From: an uncultured Rhodothermaceae bacterium
Lineage (GTDB): Bacteria; Bacteroidota; Rhodothermia; Rhodothermales; JAHQVL01
NCBI GenBank assembly: GCA_964525535.1
Contig: CAZGHT010000016.1
Coordinates: forward strand, 1,834-65,833
Length of the DNA stretch: 64,000 nucleotides
Reading direction: 5' to 3'
The translations under genes and the position numbers were made by a program. Of the stretch, positions 53,673 through 62,882 are shown piece after piece; the stretch's first letter is position 1, and every line of letters begins with the position of its first letter. The notes beneath the pieces are model-generated. The model ran no database searches. It was not told the origin of the DNA and saw nothing but the letters and a program-made list of their open reading frames with translations.

Positions 53673-56600
53673 ATGAGTACGGTTCGCACCATATTGCAGC
53701 AGAAGCGCCTTTCACTGCTCCAGAGCCTGCCCCGCAGTGCGCTTGTCACGTATCAGCCGGACTCCCGCTCAGGGGTGTCGCTCGTCCACGTGCCGGCTCA
53801 ATCAACGTTCCACGATCTTGTCATCGAAGGGAAAACCTTTCGATTCGAAGCGTCGCCATCTCGGGCTGATCCGCGCTCCACCGGCCCCGGGGATGCCGTT
53901 TCTGCGGAAGAGCCGGCTTTCTTGACGCCGTATTCGCCCAGCCAGCTGCTGAGTCGACTCATCGCGACCTATCTCCGGTCCCGAAGGTCGATGGAGGACT
54001 ATGGCGAGACCGTGCTGTACCTCACCTTTTGCACCCTCCAGGGGGGCGATTCCGATCGTACAGAGGGCGTATTGCATGCCCCTCTTTTTCTCATTCCCGT
54101 TGTTTTGTCCAGGGAGTCGGTCCGGGCCCCGATCTTGCTACGAGCTACGGGCGAGGATCCACTGCTCAATCCGGCTTTACGCGTGGTGTTATCCCGGGAC
54201 TACGGCCTGGAGCTGCCCTACTGGAGCGTCTACCAGGCCGACGGCATTTCCAGATGCCTGGAGCAGATCGAAAGCGTCATCAAAACCAAAGACGGATGGC
54301 ATGTCGATGAACGAGCCGCTTGCATAGATCTATTCGATGTGTCGACCGTGCTCAACTATCTGGATCTGGATCCAGACTATCAGGTGCGCAACGACCTTGA
54401 CAACCATCGGGTGCTTCAGGCGCTTCTGCACGAGGGATTCGATGCGACCGATCTGGACATCGAAAACGATGCGTCTATCGACATGCTGGTGGAGCCGGGA
54501 CAGCTGCCTTTCGTCATCCCGGCCAACAACGAGCAACTGCTGGCCCTCTACTCGATCAAGAAAGGAGCGGATTGCGTGATCGAGGGTCCCGGCCAAACGG
54601 GAAAAACCCAGACGCTTGCCAACCTCGTTGCGGCGGCGATGGCCGAAGAGAAGCATGTGCTCGTCCTCTCGAACAAAGTCGAGGCACTCGATGACGTGCG
54701 AGAGCGATTACACGCCACCGGCCTGGGGGCTCTGGTCCTGCCCCTGTACGGCGAGCATCTCAGCCGGCAACGGCTGCTCCGCCAGCTGCAACACATCCAT
54801 TCATTCACGGATCGTACACCGGAGGACGAATCCGTTTCTGTCGATACGCTGGTCCGACTCCGCAACAAACTGAATATCTACAACAATTCGCTGCATACCC
54901 CTATTCGGGATAGTGGGGTCTCTCCCTATGAGGCGTATTGTGAGCTGGCCGCTTTCTCGGCAGACATGGATGGACTGGCCTGTCCCTCCTACGACGGAAA
55001 AAAATTCGTCCAGTGGTCGGCGCAGCAATTCGATGCCTTCATCGAGGATGTCGCTGCGCTTCAACATCAGATCGCCAAGATCGGTGTTCCCCAGCGCCAT
55101 CCCTTCTGGGGGAGCAAGAAAACGGTCTACAATGCGGCTCTGAAGCCAGATATTCAGAAGCTGTGCCGTAGAGCAGGGGCAGCCTTGAACGCGGTGCGCA
55201 CCACGTCGGCCGAGCTGGCGCACCTGATGAACTCCAGAGCGCCGACCACCAGCGAAGACGTGATTCGGCTCGTTCGTTCGGGCAGCAGGGCGCTGGACAC
55301 CCCTGACCTTCACGGCATAGCGGTGCACAACGAAAAATGGGAGTCTTCGATGGAGGACCTCGCCGTTATTCTGGAAACCGGAGCCAGGCTGAGCGCCATA
55401 AGAAAAAAATACGAACGCATCTTGATGCCCGAAGCCTGGCACCAGGAGGTGATGCCTATACGGCAGGCATTGGTCGCCCATAGCTCCAAGTCCATGCGTT
55501 TTTTGATCGGCGAGTACCGGAAAGCGCGCGACAGGCTGGCCCGATTGTGCCGTGATGGGATGCCGGATGACCAGGCGCAACAACTGCGGCTCGTCAACAA
55601 CATCCTGGAAACGCAACGCCTCCAGAAGAGGCTGGCGCCTTACGAGCCGCTGGCTTCGGCCTTGTTTGGCCGGCAGTGGCAGGGCATAGATTCGAACTGG
55701 AGCCAGCTGGACAGGGTCTCATCCTGGCTAATTCAACTGCACCAGGACGTACAGAGCGGCGTCGTGAATGCGGACCTGCTGGACTTTCTGGTGAAGTTCC
55801 CAGACCTGGAGCGACTCAGGAGCAAGGCGGAAGGGGTCGCCAGAGATTTTAACGCGTTTCTCGAAGCCGCTCGCCGGGCTGCCAGGGCGGTGGACATGGA
55901 GGATGCATTGGAAATGTCTAAGCGCTCGTTCGGAAAGATTCCGCTCAGCAGCCTGTTGTCGTTGTTCGCACACTGGGAAAAACACGTCGATTCCTTACAG
56001 GACATCGTGGCCTTTAATGCGATGGCCGTTACCATGCGAGAGAAAAGCATGGGAGATGTGGTGCGACTGGGGATGTCCTGGTCGGAAAGTGCGCGCCACC
56101 TCACCCGATTTGTCAAGGCGGCTCGTTACACGGCATTGCTCACGGAGGCTCTTCGCACGAGAAAGGCGCTGTCCCGGTTCGATTCCGAGCTCCACGACGT
56201 AACGATTCAGCGTTACCGGGAGCTCGATGACGCCCATCTCGAAGCGATGGGGCATGAGATACAGCGTATCCAGGCCGAAGGGTTTGCCCGGAGGCGCGCG
56301 CCGTCAAAGGTGTATCATGCGCTGATCTACGAGATGGGCGAATCCCCCAAGCGGCCGCTGAGTGAACTCATGGCTGACGCCGGGCCGGCGGTGCAGCAGG
56401 TCAAACCCGTCTTTTTGATGACGCCGGCTTCTGTAGCCAGCCTGTTGAGCCAGAGCGCAATCACCTTCGATCTGGTGGTGTTCGAAGAGGCCGGCCGCCT
56501 CAGCGTAACCGACGCCCTGGGGGCGATCGCTCGCTCGTCGCAACTGGTCGCAATCGGTGATTCTAAACAGGGACTGCCTTCTCGATTCTTTGACCGGTCC

Positions 56601-57770
56601 ATCGTCCGTGACTCGAAGCCGAAAGCCTTTTCGGCCGGGGATGATAGTTTGTTGTTGACGATGAAGCAGCGGGGCGCTGCAAAGCATCACCTGACCTGGC
56701 GGGTGACGCCGGGCGCCCTGCCGCTGGTTCAGTGGGTCAACACGACCTGTTATGGAGCCCATTTATCCATCTATCCGCCTCCTTCGACGGTTTCGATGCA
56801 GGAAAGGAGCTGCCTCCACCGAATCACCGAAACCGACGAAGAAGGAAGTACGTCTCGCAACCTGTTCCTGGTGCTCATCGATGCCCTGCTCCAGCAGATG
56901 GCGGACAGGCCGGCGTGGTCCTTCGGCGTCGTCGTGCAGTCGTCGCTGGAAGTCGAAGCGGTAGAATGGGAGCTCGAGAGGAGGCGCCGGGAAGATCCGT
57001 CGAACGAGGTCTATTTGAAGCAGAGCCATGAAGAGGCGTTTTTCGTGAAAACGATCGAGCAGGCCCAGGGGGAGCGCCGCGATGTACTGTTTGTAGGGCT
57101 GCCCTTCCGGCATTTGATGGTCGAAAGGCCCGGTTCGAGGCAGCCGGCGAGGGACGCAGACGCCGTACTGAACCCCGACGAGGTGCAGCGCCAGATATGC
57201 ATTCTGGCCTGGTCCTGTAAAATGGCCTGTCACGTATATACCGATGTGACCGAAAAAGAGATGGCGCAATGGTCGCGCATCTTACCGGGGCTGGGGCTCT
57301 GGGCGAGATGCCTGAAAAGCCTGGCGGGGAGCGATCCCGTCACGCCGTCCTCCCACGATCCCTCTCCGTTCCAGAAGATGCTGGTCGATGCCCTGCGCAA
57401 GAAGGGGTATGAAACCGAGCAGCAGGTGGGTGTGTCGGGAATATTTATCGACGTTGCCGTTAAACACCCGCACCGGCCCGGAGGGTACATTCTGGGCATC
57501 GTCAGCGACGGGCCGGTTTACTGGAAAGCCCCTTCGGTCCGCGATCGCGATGTGTTGTACCCGCAACTGCTCGAGCGGAGAGGCTGGCGCATATATCGCG
57601 TCTGGAGCGTCGACTGGTCTCGAAATCCAGAGGCCGTAGTGGACCGTATCTGTGCACACATCGAAGCGCTCCTCGATGCTGAGGGCAGCGAGGAGGACGT
57701 CCATGCGGCCGTGGCCTCCACGGCAATCCATGCGCCGGGCGTGTTATCTGCAGCAAAACAGCGCGAATAA
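53673..57770 (+). CDS. DUF4011 + Upf1/Dna2-like SF1 helicase (AAA_11/AAA_12) + C-terminal restriction-endonuclease-like (DUF559/Vsr-like) domain protein
   Basis: 1365 aa. DUF4011-like N-terminus (GETVLYLTFCTLQG...HAPLFLIPVVLSRE...NPALRVVL). Walker A GPGQTGKT (nt 54585-54608). Motif-II-like DLVVFEEA (56469-56492). GDSKQGLPSRFF; QGERRD. C-terminal block GIFIDVAVKHP...GIVSDG...RDRDVLYPQLLERRGWRIYRVWSVDW. Confidence 0.8.
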   Translation: MSTVRTILQQKRLSLLQSLPRSALVTYQPDSRSGVSLVHVPAQSTFHDLVIEGKTFRFEASPSRADPRSTGPGDAVSAEEPAFLTPYSPSQLLSRLIATYLRSRRSMEDYGETVLYLTFCTLQGGDSDRTEGVLHAPLFLIPVVLSRESVRAPILLRATGEDPLLNPALRVVLSRDYGLELPYWSVYQADGISRCLEQIESVIKTKDGWHVDERAACIDLFDVSTVLNYLDLDPDYQVRNDLDNHRVLQALLHEGFDATDLDIENDASIDMLVEPGQLPFVIPANNEQLLALYSIKKGADCVIEGPGQTGKTQTLANLVAAAMAEEKHVLVLSNKVEALDDVRERLHATGLGALVLPLYGEHLSRQRLLRQLQHIHSFTDRTPEDESVSVDTLVRLRNKLNIYNNSLHTPIRDSGVSPYEAYCELAAFSADMDGLACPSYDGKKFVQWSAQQFDAFIEDVAALQHQIAKIGVPQRHPFWGSKKTVYNAALKPDIQKLCRRAGAALNAVRTTSAELAHLMNSRAPTTSEDVIRLVRSGSRALDTPDLHGIAVHNEKWESSMEDLAVILETGARLSAIRKKYERILMPEAWHQEVMPIRQALVAHSSKSMRFLIGEYRKARDRLARLCRDGMPDDQAQQLRLVNNILETQRLQKRLAPYEPLASALFGRQWQGIDSNWSQLDRVSSWLIQLHQDVQSGVVNADLLDFLVKFPDLERLRSKAEGVARDFNAFLEAARRAARAVDMEDALEMSKRSFGKIPLSSLLSLFAHWEKHVDSLQDIVAFNAMAVTMREKSMGDVVRLGMSWSESARHLTRFVKAARYTALLTEALRTRKALSRFDSELHDVTIQRYRELDDAHLEAMGHEIQRIQAEGFARRRAPSKVYHALIYEMGESPKRPLSELMADAGPAVQQVKPVFLMTPASVASLLSQSAITFDLVVFEEAGRLSVTDALGAIARSSQLVAIGDSKQGLPSRFFDRSIVRDSKPKAFSAGDDSLLLTMKQRGAAKHHLTWRVTPGALPLVQWVNTTCYGAHLSIYPPPSTVSMQERSCLHRITETDEEGSTSRNLFLVLIDALLQQMADRPAWSFGVVVQSSLEVEAVEWELERRRREDPSNEVYLKQSHEEAFFVKTIEQAQGERRDVLFVGLPFRHLMVERPGSRQPARDADAVLNPDEVQRQICILAWSCKMACHVYTDVTEKEMAQWSRILPGLGLWARCLKSLAGSDPVTPSSHDPSPFQKMLVDALRKKGYETEQQVGVSGIFIDVAVKHPHRPGGYILGIVSDGPVYWKAPSVRDRDVLYPQLLERRGWRIYRVWSVDWSRNPEAVVDRICAHIEALLDAEGSEEDVHAAVASTAIHAPGVLSAAKQRE

Positions 57771-57854
57771 CGGCAAGCCCCCCTTGCCATCCTGACGCTT
57801 TATGTGTATAGTATGTCACACCTGTCTCGATGGCCGCAATTTCTCGATACCCGC

Positions 57855-59366
57855 ATGGACACCTCTATGAACATTCTGCCGTTGTTGATTGGATTGCTGA
57901 TCGGGGGCGGCCTCGTCTTTTTTTTCATGCGGGCGCGTATTGCCTCGCATCTCGCTACGTTGAAAGAGCGGCTCGACAATAAGACGTTCGAGATGGAGCG
58001 GCAGGAGCGAGAGCTGGAAGAAAGTAAAGGGACGATCGCATATTTGAACGAAGAAAAAGAAGCTCTCGTCCAATATTACACGGCGGCAAAGGCAAACCTG
58101 GCTTCGCAGGAAAAAAGGGTCGCCGTCCTGGTCGAAGAGGTCGCTTCGATGCGCCAGGCTGCTATCCAGGCGCAGGATCGGATCACCCGACTCATGAGCG
58201 AGGTCGCCGTTCGACAAACACAGCTGGATGAAGAACGGAAAGCGACGCAGGTGCAGGCGAAGCTGCTGGAGGAAGCCCGGCAGACCCTTTCGGATACGTT
58301 CAAGGCGTTGTCTGCGGAAGCCTTGCAGCAGAACAACGCGGCTTTTACGGCGATGGCCCGACAAACGATGGAACAGGTGTACCAGCGTGCCGACGCCGTG
58401 CTGGACAAGCGGCAGCAAGCGATTGGCGAGCTGGTCAAACCGCTCAACGTATCGCTGGATAAGGTCTCTGATCGCATCTCAGATCTGGAAAAGGCTCGCG
58501 TTATGGCGTACACTTCGCTGTCGGAGCAGGTATCCGGGATGGCCCGGGCTCAGGCGCAGTTGCAGCGCGAGGCCGGCAACCTCGTCAAAGCGCTACGCCA
58601 GCCCACCGTTCGCGGGCGATGGGGGGAGATGCAGCTGCGAAAGGTGGTCGAACTTGCCGGCATGGTCGAACACTGCGACTTTGCCGAACAGGTGGCCGTC
58701 CACTCGGCCCGGGGCCTCTTGCGGCCCGACCTCGTCGTGCATTTGCCGAACGACAAACACGTCATCGTAGATGCGAAGGCGCCTCTGCAAGCGTATCTGG
58801 ACGCCATCGAAATGGAGGACGACCGCGAGGCGGAGGAAAAACTCAAAGAACATGCCTCTCAGGTCAAGAATCATCTTCGCCTGCTCGGCCAGAAATCCTA
58901 TCACGTCGAGTTTGAGGGGGCTCCGGAGTTTGTGGTGCTCTTCCTGCCGGGAGAGATGTTCTTCAGCGCGGCGCTCCAGCAAGACGCTGCGCTCCTGGAA
59001 GAAGGCGTCAAACAAGGCGTTATCCTGGCTACACCTACGACCCTCATTGCGCTCTTGAGAGCGGTTGCTTACGGATGGCGGCACGAACAGATTGCCCGGC
59101 ACGCCCTCGACATCAGCAAGCTGGGTAACGAGCTTTACGACAGGCTACGTACGATGGCCGGCCATTTCGAGGACCTGAAAAAGGGGCTCGACAGAGCCGT
59201 CGCCAGCTATAACAGCGCCGTAGGTTCTCTGGAGTCGAGGGTGCTGGTTTCCGCGCGAAAATTCCAGGACCTGGGCGCCGCCTCGAGCGATACCATTCAG
59301 ACGCTCGAAGACATCGAACGGGCCGTTCGTTCCTTGCATGCGCCTGAGTGGTTCGATTCCGAATGA
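57855..59366 (+). CDS. rmuC: DNA recombination protein RmuC
   Basis: N-terminal TM segment ([18 protein letters not shown]), long coiled coil, then the RmuC core [23 protein letters not shown]...[22 protein letters not shown]...FVVLFLPGE. The start is ATG 57855 or 57867. Confidence 0.88.
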   Translation: MDTSMNILPLLIGLLIGGGLVFFFMRARIASHLATLKERLDNKTFEMERQERELEESKGTIAYLNEEKEALVQYYTAAKANLASQEKRVAVLVEEVASMRQAAIQAQDRITRLMSEVAVRQTQLDEERKATQVQAKLLEEARQTLSDTFKALSAEALQQNNAAFTAMARQTMEQVYQRADAVLDKRQQAIGELVKPLNVSLDKVSDRISDLEKARVMAYTSLSEQVSGMARAQAQLQREAGNLVKALRQPTVRGRWGEMQLRKVVELAGMVEHCDFAEQVAVHSARGLLRPDLVVHLPNDKHVIVDAKAPLQAYLDAIEMEDDREAEEKLKEHASQVKNHLRLLGQKSYHVEFEGAPEFVVLFLPGEMFFSAALQQDAALLEEGVKQGVILATPTTLIALLRAVAYGWRHEQIARHALDISKLGNELYDRLRTMAGHFEDLKKGLDRAVASYNSAVGSLESRVLVSARKFQDLGAASSDTIQTLEDIERAVRSLHAPEWFDSE

Positions 59367-59406
59367 CACGTCGTGTACAGCGGCTACATCGCCTCAATTA
59401 CACGAT

Positions 59407-61050
59407 TTACAAAGGCGTCAGGCCGCTGTAGGGGATGCCGGTCAGGTGAGCGATGTCTCGGTTGTATGTCGTGAGGTCGTGTCGGGAAAACTGATTCAGG
59501 TGCGGATGGCCGCATGCTCTGGCCAGCACTTGCATCAGCTCGACCGTTGCTTCGAAGAAGTTCTCGAGCTGGCGAGCGGACTGCTCGATCTGCAGCCGGG
59601 CCCGCAAATGATCTTTCTGGGTTGCGATGCCTACCGGGCAGTTGTTGGTGTGGCAGGCGCGCATGCCGAGGCAGCCGATGGCTTGCATGGCGGCGTTGGA
59701 TACGGCGATACCGTCGGCTCCCAGGGCGAGCGCCTTGACGAAATCGGATTCGGTGCGCAGGCCGCCGGTGATGATGAGTGTGATGCCGTCGGCGCCTTTC
59801 TGGTCGAGATGGCGGCGGGCACGCGCCAGCGCGGCCATCGTGGGTACGGAGATGTTGTTCTTGAAAATTTCGGGAGCAGCGCCCGTGCCGCCGCCGCGGC
59901 CGTCGAGAATGATGTAATCGGCCGAGGCGTCCAACGCGAAATCGATGTCGTCCTCGATGTGTTGGGCCGATAGCTTAAACCCGATCGGGATACCGCCGGA
60001 GACGTCGCGCACCTCGTCGGCCAGTCGCCGGAAGTCGTCCGGAGTAACGAGGTCGTCGAAGCGGGAAGGACTGATGGCCGGCGTCCCTGGCTCCAGCTCT
60101 CGGACGTCAGCGATTTTGCCCATCACCTTGTTGCCGGGGAGGTGGCCGCCCGTCCCGGTTTTGGCGCCCTGGCCGGCTTTGAAGTGAAAGGCCTGAACCT
60201 GTTGGACCTTTTCGAGGCGCCAGCCGAATTTTGCCGACGCCAGCTCATACAGGTAGCGGCTGTTGTGTTGCTGTTCTTCTGGAAGCATGCCGCCTTCGCC
60301 GGAGCAGATGCCCGTGCCGGCGCGTTCGGCGCCCCGGGCGAGGGCTACCTTGGCCTCTTCGCTCAACGCGCCGAAGCTCATGTCGCTGACGAAGATAGGG
60401 ATCTTCAAATGCAGGGGCTTCCGGGCCTTCGGGCCGATGACGAGATCGGTGCCTACCGCTTCATCGTCCCCGAGCGGGCGACGCGCCAGCTGGGCCGTCA
60501 AGAGCTGGATGTCCCGCCATCGCGGAAGCTCGGTCAGCGGAACGCCCATGGACGACACGACGCCGTGGTGGCCTACCTTGCCGAGACCGTCTCTGGCCAG
60601 CGCCTGGATATACCGGTTGTAGGGCTCTTCAGGGCCGCCATGGACGTCGGCGTAAAGGCCCAGGTAGGCCTCGCGGTCGTACGCCTGGGGAGACTTCCGA
60701 GCCCAGGCCTCGATCTCGGCTTCGTCGACCCAGACGGCGTCGCCCTCGACGTCGATCCAGGCGGAGAATTTATGCAGCGCCTCTTCGTGGTTGTATTCAC
60801 TGATGCCTGTGTCGTATCGGTAGTCCCAGTTATGGAGACCGCAGATCAGGTTATCGCCGTCAATGCGGGCGTCGGCCATCAGGGCGCCCCGGTGCAGGCA
60901 ACGGCCGTACAACACAGATACGTTGTCGTCGTAACGAACCACGACGAGGTCTACCGAAGCCACGAGGGCATACGCCGGTGTTCGGTCGGGAAGGGCACTC
61001 CAGGTGGCTACCCTGGCTTTTTTTTCGGGCAATATGTCCAGCATATACAA
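59407..61050 (-). CDS. Rieske [2Fe-2S] domain fused to glutamate-synthase-related FMN (GltB domain-2-like) protein
   Basis: 547 aa. Rieske ligand motifs CLHRG and CGLHNW in the first roughly 100 aa. GltS-like blocks: ISDMSFGALS, GEGG, KAGQGAKTG.GGHLPG, DGRGGGTGAAP, GGLRT. Confidence 0.8.
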   Translation of the reverse strand: MYMLDILPEKKARVATWSALPDRTPAYALVASVDLVVVRYDDNVSVLYGRCLHRGALMADARIDGDNLICGLHNWDYRYDTGISEYNHEEALHKFSAWIDVEGDAVWVDEAEIEAWARKSPQAYDREAYLGLYADVHGGPEEPYNRYIQALARDGLGKVGHHGVVSSMGVPLTELPRWRDIQLLTAQLARRPLGDDEAVGTDLVIGPKARKPLHLKIPIFVSDMSFGALSEEAKVALARGAERAGTGICSGEGGMLPEEQQHNSRYLYELASAKFGWRLEKVQQVQAFHFKAGQGAKTGTGGHLPGNKVMGKIADVRELEPGTPAISPSRFDDLVTPDDFRRLADEVRDVSGGIPIGFKLSAQHIEDDIDFALDASADYIILDGRGGGTGAAPEIFKNNISVPTMAALARARRHLDQKGADGITLIITGGLRTESDFVKALALGADGIAVSNAAMQAIGCLGMRACHTNNCPVGIATQKDHLRARLQIEQSARQLENFFEATVELMQVLARACGHPHLNQFSRHDLTTYNRDIAHLTGIPYSGLTPL

Positions 61051-61352
61051 AGATATGTTCTGAAAAATGAAATCAAGACGAGCCGCAAACTACACCATCG
61101 AGGGTACTTTGGAAAGTAACCGGTTTACCATTTTTGACCTTTTTGCCTTTTTGCCGCCCCTGGAAGTAGCGAGGCCCCCCGTAATCGAACCCATCGATCA
61201 ATAATCGTGTGAAAATACATGCAGTATTATGGACGACGAGGTGGACGAAACGATTCTTGATCAAAAGTCCACACGACCTGATACTATCCGGACTTTATTC
61301 CTATTTTTACCAGTGTGATGTTACGCAATCTTCGTTGAGATCCTGTTGTACA

Positions 61353-61408
61353 CGCTGTTGGATCCATCACAATGGTCCACAGGAGTTAATATGGGTGATC
61401 CAACAGCG
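61353..61408. promoter_or_regulatory. 12-bp perfect inverted repeat (CGCTGTTGGATC / GATCCAACAGCG) with 32-bp spacer in a long AT-richer intergenic region
   Basis: Read directly. The arms lie at 61353-61364 and 61397-61408, about 80 bp upstream of the TPR/CsgG-like gene. A function as operator or 5'-UTR hairpin is inferred. Confidence 0.4.
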
Positions 61409-61488
61409 AATTGACGGTCGATTTGGGAAATATTGCGTACCATGAGCTATTTTGTAGCGATGTCGACCTATCAAGCGGAAAGGGCTTC

Positions 61489-62799
61489 ATGATGACAACA
61501 GATCGATTACATTACGTATTGGTATTCAGTGTATTGTCTTTTACGTCTCTGACTTTATTTTCGTGTTCACCTACATTGTTTGTGGGGGAGCTGTCAGATT
61601 ATGAGCAGGAGATCCAGGAGTTGCAGGCGCGGCTGTTCGATGACCCTCAGGACGCGGAAGCGCTGCGAGATCTGGGGGCGATATACCTGCGCGCCCGTCA
61701 GTTTGGGCAGGCGAACAGTTATCTGGAGCAGGCCTTCACACTGGACCCCGACGACCCCAAGACGCTGTTCAACCTGGGGCTTGCCAACGAAACCCTCGCC
61801 AAAAGAGATACAGCGTTGCGATTGTACGAAAAATTCGTCGACGTTCCCCGGATATCGCCGTACAGGCGGATGATGGAAGGCCGTTACGAATGGCTGTCGC
61901 GCCGTATCCTGCGGGATCAGGTGCAACGGATGGCAGATACCGGCCCCGAGGTCGACGCCCCCGTCTCACCGCGTATTGTGGGGGTTTTTCCGTTTTTTTA
62001 TCAGGGCGCCGACGAACAATACGCCCCACTCGCCCGCGGTCTGGCCGAGCTGGTATCGGTGGACCTCGCCAACATCCAGGATATACGGGTGGTCGAGCGC
62101 ATTCGGTTGCAGGTTATTCTCGATGAGCTCGATCTCGTCGAGACGGACTATCTGGACCCCGCTACAGCACCTCGCGTCGGTCAGCTGCTCGGCGCCGGAC
62201 GCCTCGTTACCGGTGCGTACAACGTGCTCGGGGGAGACAATCTTCGGATTGACGGGGCTTACCTGGCGCTAGAGACCAATGACGTCAACCCGCTCAATTC
62301 ACAATCCGATGCTCTGCGCAATTTGTTTGTGATGCAAAAGGCCCTGGTCTTCGATCTCGTCGACGATCTGGGCATCGAATTGACGCCTGAGGAGCGGCAG
62401 CAAATCGAGTTTATCCCAACCGAGAATATCCAGGCCTTTCTGGCCTACAGCCGGGGGCTTCGCGACGAAGACGCCGGCGCGTACGGGTTGGCCGCCGGCC
62501 ATTACCGGAGAGCCAGCCGGCTCGACCCCAACTTCGTCGATGCAGCCCGGCGCGCCGAGCGCGCCGAAGCCGTCGACGCAGCCAACATGGACATCGAAGA
62601 GCTCGTCGCCGAAGCGGCCGACATCGAATCCATGAATAGCTTCGATGTAGACCTCATGGGCATCCGCATCGGCATCCTCAACGATGCCCTCGGTTCAGGC
62701 TTCATCCCCGGGGAAGAATCTCGGGAGCCCACAACGGAAACCAACGGGGGCGGCATGCTGCTGCCCGATCCACCGAGACCGCCCACACCTCCCAATTGA
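61489..62799 (+). CDS. Lipoprotein with TPR repeats and a CsgG/LpoB-like periplasmic domain
   Basis: Lipobox LFSC. TPR-like block DPQDAEALRDLGAIYLRARQFGQANSYLEQAFTLDPDDPKTLFNLGLA. CsgG-like block IVGVFPFFYQG...LARGLAELVSVDLANIQDIRVVERIRLQVILDELDL...GQLLGAGRLVTGAY. Pro-rich tail. Confidence 0.6.
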   Translation: MMTTDRLHYVLVFSVLSFTSLTLFSCSPTLFVGELSDYEQEIQELQARLFDDPQDAEALRDLGAIYLRARQFGQANSYLEQAFTLDPDDPKTLFNLGLANETLAKRDTALRLYEKFVDVPRISPYRRMMEGRYEWLSRRILRDQVQRMADTGPEVDAPVSPRIVGVFPFFYQGADEQYAPLARGLAELVSVDLANIQDIRVVERIRLQVILDELDLVETDYLDPATAPRVGQLLGAGRLVTGAYNVLGGDNLRIDGAYLALETNDVNPLNSQSDALRNLFVMQKALVFDLVDDLGIELTPEERQQIEFIPTENIQAFLAYSRGLRDEDAGAYGLAAGHYRRASRLDPNFVDAARRAERAEAVDAANMDIEELVAEAADIESMNSFDVDLMGIRIGILNDALGSGFIPGEESREPTTETNGGGMLLPDPPRPPTPPN

Positions 62800-62882
62800 T
62801 CGCCGACCCGTCGTTCACGTGCGTCATCGTCCGATGACCCGTCCCTGTTTATATTCATTATTTTCGATTGATTAGTCGCCCC

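Noticed and set aside
53305-53869. Track ORFs 53305-53502 and 53402-53869 crossing the 13-bp repeat (translations with reiterated MPSFNAVFQ)
   Set aside because: The reiterated peptide is an artefact of translating a tandem repeat whose period is not a multiple of 3. The ORFs overlap better-supported genes at both ends.
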